The notes under the pieces were generated by a model, which saw only the letters and a program-made list of their open reading frames with translations, did not search any database and was not told the origin of the DNA. This document shows, piece after piece, positions 18,792 through 26,423 of a stretch of DNA of 64,000 nt. Source of the DNA: Bacillota bacterium (lineage in GTDB: Bacteria; Bacillota; Clostridia; Acetivibrionales; JANLFN01); the NCBI GenBank assembly GCA_023397675.1, contig JAEWTV010000082.1, positions 14,984 through 78,983 of the forward strand, in the 5' to 3' direction. Both the position numbers and the translations under genes were made by a program. Positions within the stretch are counted from its first letter, which is position 1. Each line of letters starts with the position of its first letter.

Positions 18792-19352
18792 CTATTCATT
18801 AATTCCTTCTCTGTAGGCTTTAAGCCTCTCCTGGAACTGGTGGGTTTTATGATATCCGCATGATTTGAATTCGTAGCACCAGCCTCTGTAAATGCAATCC
18901 GGAACACATACTTGATATAACTCAGGCTGTGATTCTTTAAATGATTCAAGAATTGCCTGCCAAGCTGCGCGTGTTTCTGGAGATGCCTGATTACAAAGTC
19001 TTTTTCTTGAAATATTGATTATTGCCTGGGAACTTGCAAGTATTTCATGCTCAACTTCATTCCCCTGAGGCAACTCGTCTCTTGAAACGCCTGTTCTATC
19101 TGTTCTCTGGCTGCGCACCCAATGCTCTATTCCGATTTTATGTCTTACTAAGTGGACAGATACCCATGATTTAAGTTCAAACCATTTACATCTTATTAAA
19201 AGCTGTCTTATCGGTGAATGCTCACAAAGTAGCATTCTTCTTTTCCACTGAGATGAAGGTTCCTTGGTACCGGCTTCCTTGTGAATTGTTGTATTCGCGC
19301 AGTCGGCAACCTCTCTCCATGTACCTTTTGTTCCAAGATATTCAGCTCTCAT
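18792..19352 (-). CDS. divergent ThyX-fold (FAD-dependent thymidylate synthase-like) protein
   Basis: CEHSPIRQLLIRCKWFELKSWVSVHLVRHKIGIEHWVRSQR aligns by eye to the ThyX core HExPxEH...RHRxxSxxxxSxRY, but reads RHK and lacks the first Ser. The C-terminus is Cys-rich (CVPDCIYRGWCYEFKSC). Confidence 0.45.
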   Translation of the reverse strand: MRAEYLGTKGTWREVADCANTTIHKEAGTKEPSSQWKRRMLLCEHSPIRQLLIRCKWFELKSWVSVHLVRHKIGIEHWVRSQRTDRTGVSRDELPQGNEVEHEILASSQAIINISRKRLCNQASPETRAAWQAILESFKESQPELYQVCVPDCIYRGWCYEFKSCGYHKTHQFQERLKAYREGINE

Positions 19353-19399
19353 TTGTGGACCTCCATTATCTGTGTTCCCAGGTATGTTTAAAGTACATT

Positions 19400-20071
19400 T
19401 TATCTGATTAAATCACTGGATTTATATATTCCGTAAGATATAAAGCCTATACCAAGCAAAGCCAGGCCATACGCAATCAAATGAGAAATCTTTGTGGTAA
19501 GATTTGAAAGGTAAGCTTTTAAACCCTTTGCCACACAGAGGTTAATAGTAAATATGCATATAAACAATCCAAGCATAATTGAAATTGTAAATACCAGAAA
19601 CGGCAATTTACCGGCATTTCTCCATATTGAGAAAACGGTGCTGCTCAAAGTAAGCCAGAAGAAATGCGTACCAAGGTTTGTGAAGTTAATAAGGAAACCT
19701 GTTAAAAATGGCCTTGTCATGAATTTTGCCATTTCTGCAGTTGTATCTTCCTCGCTTAATAAAGCCTTCCTGTGGGTCATGATTCCTTTGAAGCCTACAA
19801 TAAATATTGCCAGTCCAGATAGAACCCATATGAATACTTCAACTTTTTTACTTATTTTTATAAAATCCAATATTCCGAAATTTATTAACGCCAGATCGAA
19901 TGCATCGGTTATAAGTGTTCCTAAAGCAAGTGTTATACCCTGTTTAAAGCCTTTTATAATAGTCCATTTGACAGATTCAATTCCTGCCGGTCCCATAGGA
20001 AGTGCGATTAGAATGCCGGTTATTACACCAGTATATGCCGCATTCATAAGCAAAATTAAAGTTGTACTCAC
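19400..20071 (-). CDS. LysE/RhtB family amino-acid exporter
   Basis: 223 aa with about 6 TM helices and an N-terminus of the LysE type (GVITGILIALPMGPAG). Confidence 0.7.
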   Translation of the reverse strand: MSTTLILLMNAAYTGVITGILIALPMGPAGIESVKWTIIKGFKQGITLALGTLITDAFDLALINFGILDFIKISKKVEVFIWVLSGLAIFIVGFKGIMTHRKALLSEEDTTAEMAKFMTRPFLTGFLINFTNLGTHFFWLTLSSTVFSIWRNAGKLPFLVFTISIMLGLFICIFTINLCVAKGLKAYLSNLTTKISHLIAYGLALLGIGFISYGIYKSSDLIR

Positions 20072-20198
20072 GAAAAATACTCCTGTCCAAATTTGAATAT
20101 CATTTGTAATTATATTAACCCACTAATTATAAATCTATATTTAGTTATTTTTTATATTTAGACATAATTATAGCATAAATAACAGTAAGAGATAAAAA

Positions 20199-20936
20199 TT
20201 ACTTGCTATTTTCAAATGCAAGTTTGCATTTGTCTGCCCTATATTTTGTAATAATCATTTCTACAGCCTGGCTGTTCTTGGAGTACAAGACATTTTCAAT
20301 CTTGATAAGAGGCTGTCCTATTTGAACCTGCAAATAATGAGAGTCGCGTGTTTCAGAATACACAACTTCAAGTGAACTCTTGGATTTTACAGGAATCAAA
20401 GGATATTTGCCTCTCATTATATCATAAGATGGCTTTTTTTCCTTAATGTCGTCTAAAATTTCCGGAAAAAGCCCGAGAGGTATATAAGATATATTAATTG
20501 CAATTATTTCATTGTTTTCTACTGTTGGAAATAAAACTTCAGCAAATTCTGAATCTGAAGTGTTCATTACATTAAATACTTCGCATAAGAAAGACTTTTG
20601 TGATGCCTTGACAACATTACATGCTATAACATTCTTATCTCCGGGAATCTGGCTGTCCAGAATGGAATCTGTAAAACCCGAGTAGTTTTTAATATTGATT
20701 CTTGACTTTGGCTTGGAAACAAAGGTCCCCTTCCCTTTTTCCTTATATAAATATCCGCTGTTTGTAAGCTCACTGATTGCCTGTCTGACTGTTGGACGGC
20801 TTATATCATAAAGTTCGCACAGTTCCTGTTCTGAAGGTATTTTGGAATTCTCAGGGTATTCACCGCTTTCAATCCCTTCTATTATCAGATTCTTTAATTG
20901 AGAATATAATGGAACGTTGCTGTACTTGTTAATCAT
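20199..20936 (-). CDS. GntR family transcriptional regulator (HutC subfamily, UTRA effector domain)
   Basis: wHTH segment IPSEQELCELYDISRPTVRQAISELTNSGYLYKEKGKGTFV. The start was placed at the ATG at 20936 (GGGGGA RBS). Confidence 0.85.
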   Translation of the reverse strand: MINKYSNVPLYSQLKNLIIEGIESGEYPENSKIPSEQELCELYDISRPTVRQAISELTNSGYLYKEKGKGTFVSKPKSRINIKNYSGFTDSILDSQIPGDKNVIACNVVKASQKSFLCEVFNVMNTSDSEFAEVLFPTVENNEIIAINISYIPLGLFPEILDDIKEKKPSYDIMRGKYPLIPVKSKSSLEVVYSETRDSHYLQVQIGQPLIKIENVLYSKNSQAVEMIITKYRADKCKLAFENSK

Positions 20937-21088
20937 AAGATGATCCCCCTGAGTTATATGAATAAAAATATCTAAAATAGTAAACATAACCTAACATACT
21001 TACATCTTTACAAAAATCCAATAACATTATATAACAATATTTTTAAATAGCATATACTTTTACAACAAAAAAATTAACTTCTTAGCAA

Positions 21089-21122
21089 ATAAAAAGACAG
21101 GATGACGTAATTACATCCTGTC
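21089..21122 (-). terminator. intrinsic terminator after purB
   Basis: Stem GACAGGATG/CATCCTGTC followed on the minus strand by TTTTTATTT. Confidence 0.75.
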
Positions 21123-21137
21123 GACTATTGTTTATAC

Positions 21138-22565
21138 TTAAACTTTAAGTTCTACTTTAACATCTTCCGTTTCATTGGTGTCCAATACAGGTTTAATATA
21201 TTCATTTACGAATTCCTCAACCTGCTGAGGTGCCCGGCCTATATAATTCTCAGGCTTGAGTACCGCCTTCAGCTCTGAAAAGTCGAGTTTGAATGCAGGA
21301 TCGGCAGCTATTCTTTCTATAAGGTCATTGCTCTTACCTTCAAGCTTAACCATTTTTGCTGCTTCCATTGAATGAGTTCTGATTCTCTCGTGTATTTCCT
21401 GCCTGTCCCCTCCTCTTTTTACAGCTTCCATCATGATGTTTTCTGTAGCCATAAAAGGAAGTTCATCAAGGATATGCTTCATTATTACCTTTGGATATAC
21501 AACAAGTCCTTCGCTTATGTTTATAAAAATGTTGAGTATTGCATCAACAGCAAGGAATGCCTCTGGTACACTGATACGTTTATTTGCAGAATCATCCAGC
21601 GTTCTTTCAAACCACTGAGTTGATGCTGTAATTGCCGGATTAAGAGCATCTACGATTACATAGCGTGCAAGGGAAGAAATTCTTTCACTCCTCATAGGAT
21701 TTCTCTTGTAAGCCATCGCTGACGAGCCTATCTGATGTTTCTCGAATGGCTCTTCGATTTCTTTCATGCTTTGGAGAAGTCTTATATCATTACTGAATTT
21801 ATAAGCACTCTGTGCTATTCCGCTCAGTACATTCAATACACGGCTGTCAAGCTTACGTGTGTATGTCTGTCCTGATACAGGGAAAGTTGATTTGTAGCCC
21901 ATTTTTTCAGCTATAAGCTTATCAAGCTTCTTTATCTTTTCATGATCACCTTCAAAAAGGCTTAAAAAGCTTGCCTGTGTACCAGTTGTACCCTTTTGGC
22001 CAAGAAGCCTCATATTTGAAAGTACAAATTCCAAATCTTCGAAATCAATTAGCAAATCCTGAAGCCAGAGACAAGCACGTTTACCAACAGTTACAAGCTG
22101 TGCAGGCTGATAATGGGTAAAGCCCAATGTAGGCTGATCCTTATATTTCATTGCAAATTCAGAAAGCCTTTTAATAACTATAAGAAGCTTCTTTCTCACA
22201 AGCTTGAGAGCTTCAGTCATTACTATAATATCAGTATTATCACCTACATAGCAGGAAGTTGCTCCAAGGTGTATTATTCCTCTTGCATTCGGGCACTGTT
22301 CGCCATATGCATGTATGTGAGCCATTACATCATGTCTGAACTCTTTTTCCTTAGCTTCGGCTATATCGTAGTTGATATCGTCCTTAAACTTTTTAAGCTC
22401 TTCTATTTGTTCATCTGTTATATTAAGGCCAAGTTCCTTTTCAGCTTCAGCGAGTGCTATCCAAAGCCTTCTCCAGGTTTTGAATTTCATATCGGGAGAA
22501 AACAGTTCCTGCATTTCAGGACTTGCATATCTTGCATTAAATGGACTGTCATAAGTATTTTTCAA
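21138..22565 (-). CDS. purB: adenylosuccinate lyase
   Basis: Fumarate-lyase signature [11 protein letters not shown], 475 aa, typical PurB N-terminus ([17 protein letters not shown]). Confidence 0.95.
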   Translation of the reverse strand: MKNTYDSPFNARYASPEMQELFSPDMKFKTWRRLWIALAEAEKELGLNITDEQIEELKKFKDDINYDIAEAKEKEFRHDVMAHIHAYGEQCPNARGIIHLGATSCYVGDNTDIIVMTEALKLVRKKLLIVIKRLSEFAMKYKDQPTLGFTHYQPAQLVTVGKRACLWLQDLLIDFEDLEFVLSNMRLLGQKGTTGTQASFLSLFEGDHEKIKKLDKLIAEKMGYKSTFPVSGQTYTRKLDSRVLNVLSGIAQSAYKFSNDIRLLQSMKEIEEPFEKHQIGSSAMAYKRNPMRSERISSLARYVIVDALNPAITASTQWFERTLDDSANKRISVPEAFLAVDAILNIFINISEGLVVYPKVIMKHILDELPFMATENIMMEAVKRGGDRQEIHERIRTHSMEAAKMVKLEGKSNDLIERIAADPAFKLDFSELKAVLKPENYIGRAPQQVEEFVNEYIKPVLDTNETEDVKVELKV

Positions 22566-22661
22566 TTTGTTTTACCTCCGTTACCTTAAATATCCCTTGA
22601 TATTATACATATAATTTATAAAAAAAACCATCAATTTATAAAAAAATGTACTTAATAGAAT

Positions 22662-22865
22662 GTGCCAGTTTGATTTCATTTCAAGAACAGCCGTGCTCCA
22701 GACTCTAGACCCTGTAAATTCAGCGTGGGCAAATTCAAACTCGAAAATGACATTAATAATATTTAAGGTATCATTTTCTCAAACAGTGAATTTGCTTTCC
22801 CCGCTCTGATTAACAGGCTCTACAAGCTTACGCACAAAGTTCTTGCTATAAAATCAAACTGGCAC
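22662..22865. repeat. 204-nt imperfect long inverted repeat (hairpin or MITE-like)
   Basis: Outer arms GTGCCAGTTTGATTT (22662-) and AAATCAAACTGGCAC (-22865). Inner pairing GAAAATGA/TCATTTTC surrounds a 20-nt AT loop. TAATAG is present on both flanks. Confidence 0.85.
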
Positions 22866-22887
22866 TAATAGTTTTTAGTAATTTTTA

Positions 22888-24171
22888 TTATTTTGCTTCC
22901 AGCTTCTCGATACTTGCAAGCTGAACACATATGCAAAAGACTTCAATTGCCTTTTTCAACTCTTCAAGTGATGGGAAAGTAGGTGCAATCCTTATGTTTC
23001 TGTCGTTAGGGTCTTTACCGTAAGGGTATGTTGCACCTGCATTAGTCATTACAACTCCTGCTTCACGTGCCATTGCAACAACCTTTTTTGCACAGCCGTC
23101 AAGAGTGTTAAGGCTAATGAAATAACCGCCGTTTGGCTTGTTCCACCATGCAATGTTCTTGCCGCCTAGCTCCTTATCAAGTATGTCAAGCACAGCATCA
23201 AACTTTGGCTTTATAATTGCAGCATGCTTTTTCATGTGCAGTTTCATATTATCGAGTGTTTTAAAATACTTAACATGACGGAGCTGATTTATTTTATCCG
23301 GACCTATTGTCTGGAAGAACATCTGCTTCTTTATGAAATTAATATTTTCTTCAGATGCTGCCATAACAGCTACACCTGAGCCTGGGAAGCTTACTTTTGA
23401 AGTAGATGCAAACATGTAAACCATATTTGGATTACCCTGCTTTTTACACTCTTCAAAAAGGTTCTTGAGTTTATCAGATTTGTCAGTCAAATCATGAATG
23501 ATGTATGCGTTATCCCAGAATATTCTGAAATCCTTAGCCTTAGGCTTAAGTCTTGCAAAACGATCTACAACCTCATCAGAATAAGTTATTCCATCAGGAT
23601 TGCTGTATTTTGGAACGCACCATATACCTTTTATAGTTTCATCGCTTGAAACAAGCTCCTCTACCCTGTCCATATCAGGACCGTCATTCTTCATATCTAT
23701 TGAAATCAGTTCAAAACCGAAAAACTCAGTTATCGCAAAATGTCTGTCATAGCCAGGGCTTGGGCAAAGGAATTTAACCTTGGGAAGCTGTCCCCATGGC
23801 TTTTCACTTCCTACAATACCATGAGTAACGGCACGTGAAACTGTACCATACATTAATTCTAAACTGGAATTGCCGCCAATAATTACTTCTTTTGGGTCAA
23901 CCTCCAGCAAGTCTGCAAACAGCTGCTTTGCTTCAGGAATACCATCAAGAAGTCCGTAATTGCGGCAATCGGTACCGTCAGAAGCTTTCATGCTGTCTTT
24001 GGCAGTAAGTGCATCCATCATATCTAGAGAAACATCAAGCTGCTCTTTGCACGGCTTACCACGTGACATATCATATTTTAGATTTTGAGATTTAAAATCA
24101 TTATATCTTTTTAATAGATTTTCTTTATTGTTTAAAAGCTCTTTTGCGTTAATGGAATTAATATCATTCAT
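22888..24171 (-). CDS. PLP-dependent aminotransferase (class I/II fold)
   Basis: 427 aa with an aminotransferase-like layout, including SKVSFPGSGV around the presumed PLP lysine. Subfamily not resolved. Confidence 0.75.
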   Translation of the reverse strand: MNDINSINAKELLNNKENLLKRYNDFKSQNLKYDMSRGKPCKEQLDVSLDMMDALTAKDSMKASDGTDCRNYGLLDGIPEAKQLFADLLEVDPKEVIIGGNSSLELMYGTVSRAVTHGIVGSEKPWGQLPKVKFLCPSPGYDRHFAITEFFGFELISIDMKNDGPDMDRVEELVSSDETIKGIWCVPKYSNPDGITYSDEVVDRFARLKPKAKDFRIFWDNAYIIHDLTDKSDKLKNLFEECKKQGNPNMVYMFASTSKVSFPGSGVAVMAASEENINFIKKQMFFQTIGPDKINQLRHVKYFKTLDNMKLHMKKHAAIIKPKFDAVLDILDKELGGKNIAWWNKPNGGYFISLNTLDGCAKKVVAMAREAGVVMTNAGATYPYGKDPNDRNIRIAPTFPSLEELKKAIEVFCICVQLASIEKLEAK

Positions 24172-24437
24172 TTTTATATACCCCCGGTTCGGCAGATAAA
24201 CTGTAAATTTTTCTTAAAATGCCCATAAATAAAGGATTCATTCTATAAGACATTAATATAATTGTATTATAGATGAACCAAAAATGCAAGTTGAATATAT
24301 AGATAAATTCAAAAATGAGGGAAAGTAATAAGAGGCTATTAAAGCTGATTCATAATTTCGGTAATTATTATCCTCATAAAATGAATTAGAACGATGGAGG
24401 TTGGTGCAAAAATATCTTCTTATCTATATTTATAAAA

Positions 24438-24478
24438 GTAAAAATAATAGTCCCTGTAAGGGACTTGGTTCTGATAGC
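24438..24478 (-). repeat. 41-nt hairpin module, copy 1 (terminator-like on the minus strand)
   Basis: Stem AGTCCCT-GTA-AGGGACT. On the minus strand it is followed by ATTATTTTTAC. About 80-85% identical to 51650-51689. Confidence 0.8.
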
Positions 24479-24535
24479 CGTGGGTTTAGGTATAATTATC
24501 AATTGCTAAAATATCTATAGTTATTCTTCGAAGTG

Positions 24536-25104
24536 TCAATGCTGGACTTTGCCGCTTTTGAACTGCCCAAAATCGGCGGAAAAGGCACCGCTCGCCGCGG
24601 AGGCCAGCCCTGTGAAAGCCTACTGCGGCATCTGTAAGCTGCTCAATCGCTCTCAAGCCGGGACGATGCTACTTCGCTATCCTGCTCAGACGCTACTTGA
24701 ATGGCCATCCGGGCCATTCACCGGCATTCGACCTTCGTTCGCAGCAACACCTGCCAGCTCGGCTTTCAATGGGCAGAGATGCGGGTAAACTCTTCGAAGC
24801 AGCCACGTTAGAACTTTGTTTACAAAGTTCGGTATAGCCACCCATGACCCTAGCCCTGAAGGAGCTTGGTGGAGTGACATAGAAATTCCTGCATGCATGT
24901 ATCAAGTCCGGCGAATTCGTCATGGAAGACGGATTCAGGTGGGTATGTCATGGATGACATTGGAACCGGCCGGACAAAAGCAAGTATGCAGGCTTGGAAG
25001 TTCTGTCACGGAATCCGTTGCGCCCGGCTTTTGAAGCCATCACGGCGCTTGAGTGAAGAGTTTTCCTCCGATTTTGCTCTCTCAAAAGCGGAAAAGGAAT
25101 ATTA
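24536..25104. repeat. G+C-rich structured repeat element, contiguous copy (candidate large ncRNA or non-autonomous mobile element)
   Basis: Homologous to 51388-51648 plus 53853-54209. About 58-62% G+C by hand count over 24541-24660, in an AT-rich genome. Many local and long-range helices, and the termini 24552-24583 and 25061-25091 pair. Confidence 0.85.
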
Positions 25105-25138
25105 AAATTTAAGGTGTTTAGTTAATTGACTTATTCAG

Positions 25139-25639
25139 TTATTCATACCCTTTCTCCTCTTTCCAGCCACCAATTAGATCTACCCACAAATATGCAGACA
25201 CTTTTCCATCCTGTGGCTTGGTTACAGCAATATACATATCCCTCTGAGTATGTGTCCCCGCCTTTATTACGCTTGTAAGATCCATTATTGTGTAGTCATA
25301 ATTTGTTTTTGTAAGACCCCAATCTGAAAAAGTTGGCGTGTCGTAATCATTATAATTTAGTCTTTCAAATTTTTTATAATAACCAAGTACTTTATCTACC
25401 TCATCTGCCCGCATGTTCAACTTAACATTTATTACATAGGAAGTTCCATACCCTGATTCCACCATATATTTTTCTATATACGAATCATTCGGTATGTTTG
25501 TATTGAAATATTTATTTACTTTTTCAGCACTGGGATTTTTAATACTTAGATAAAAAAATACATTAGTTATAAGTAAGCAAATAAAAACAATAACTAGAAT
25601 TGATCCAATAATAATAGCCCATTTAACACTTTTCTTCAC
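25139..25639 (-). CDS. N-terminally membrane-anchored hypothetical protein
   Basis: A GTG at 25639 after a GGGGGG RBS gives MKKSVKWAIIIGSILVIVFICLL (TM anchor). No recognisable domain. Confidence 0.55.
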   Translation of the reverse strand: MKKSVKWAIIIGSILVIVFICLLITNVFFYLSIKNPSAEKVNKYFNTNIPNDSYIEKYMVESGYGTSYVINVKLNMRADEVDKVLGYYKKFERLNYNDYDTPTFSDWGLTKTNYDYTIMDLTSVIKAGTHTQRDMYIAVTKPQDGKVSAYLWVDLIGGWKEEKGYE

Positions 25640-25888
25640 CTTTATACCCCCCAAAAAAAGTACAGAACAGACTCAACTACTTCTTACCGTTTGTTATAGG
25701 AACATCCTAATTGTTATATATAGTATACGATTTAGAAGAATAATTTTCCAGGGATATTATCATTATTGTGCAGCAACGAAAAAAGTAGAATGAAATAAAA
25801 AAGCACGAACCGGTAAAAACCCCAATGCGTACGTATTAACACATCTTACATTATATTTTAAGTCTTGGATTTAATCTGCAGTTAAAAT

Positions 25889-26215
25889 TCACAGGTTGGA
25901 AACTTCGACATCTTCCTGCCATGCCTTTGAAACCTTTTTGAGTTTGCCTTCTATTTTAGAAACCCTAAGATTATGACTGTCAAGCTCAGCTTTGCCTGCA
26001 TTATTGGAATGCTCTATGGACCTTAACACTTGATACATTTCATCTTGTCTTATACTAAGTGCTTTATACATTATATCTTGTTTAGTGCTAAGATCCTGAT
26101 ACATTTCATCCTGTCTCATACCAAGCTGCCTTTGGCCGATTTTCAATTCATCTAACTGTTCTATAACATTTTTCAATTCATTAAGAATTGTTTTTTGAAA
26201 GTCTTCGTTTTTCAT
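25889..26215 (-). CDS. 108-aa coiled-coil protein with three 11-aa repeats
   Basis: AAAGGAGA RBS. Repeats are GMRQDEMYQDL, STKQDIMYKAL and SIRQDEMYQVL. Confidence 0.55.
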   Translation of the reverse strand: MKNEDFQKTILNELKNVIEQLDELKIGQRQLGMRQDEMYQDLSTKQDIMYKALSIRQDEMYQVLRSIEHSNNAGKAELDSHNLRVSKIEGKLKKVSKAWQEDVEVSNL

Positions 26216-26423
26216 TTTTTTGTTCTCCTTTAATATAAGAACTTATTAAAGTAATCTAATTTTATAGCTATATAATTAAAAATGCAATAAAATTAATAAA
26301 TACGCCAATGTCATTATTATACATATTTGTAATCATTATGTCAAATTATGGCACGAATTATTTATTCTTTATTAACTCCCTATACGAAGAAAACTTTTTT
26401 AAAGCAGGAGTGCTCCCCTGTTT

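Noticed and set aside
24683-24842. Possible group I intron core. GCTCAGACGCTACTTG resembles the R element GUUCAGAGACUACA, and GGTATAGCC resembles the S element AAGAUAUAGUCC, with the split-copy insertion falling where a P8 loop would be.
   Set aside because: I could not find convincing P/Q (P4) partners. The P7 pairing would be only 4 bp (GCTA/TAGC). The element also lies in intergenic DNA rather than interrupting a gene. It is kept only as a hypothesis to test with the Rfam Intron_gpI model.
24693-24923. Minus-strand ORF that looks conserved between copies: MTNSPD...VTPPSSFRARVMGGYTELCKQSS here versus MTNSPD...VTPPSAFKARVTGGYTELCKQSS at 53839-54072.
   Set aside because: The similarity follows from nucleotide conservation of helices (ELCKQS is the GAACTTTGTTTACAAAGTTC hairpin). 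The two frames need compensating indels to stay open. The C-terminal halves are unrelated, there is no Shine-Dalgarno sequence, and only 3 of 6 substitutions in the shared block are synonymous. A small protein is not fully excluded and ribosome profiling would settle it.
24549-25105. Six overlapping 70-79 aa ORFs on both strands inside the G+C-rich repeat (24549-24788, 24686-24898, 24693-24923, 24816-25034, 24893-25105 and others).
   Set aside because: They are a by-product of high G+C, which makes stop codons rare. They overlap each other in several frames and have no RBS. The homologous 5' half at 51388-51648 has no ORF of at least 60 aa at all, so the frames are not conserved.
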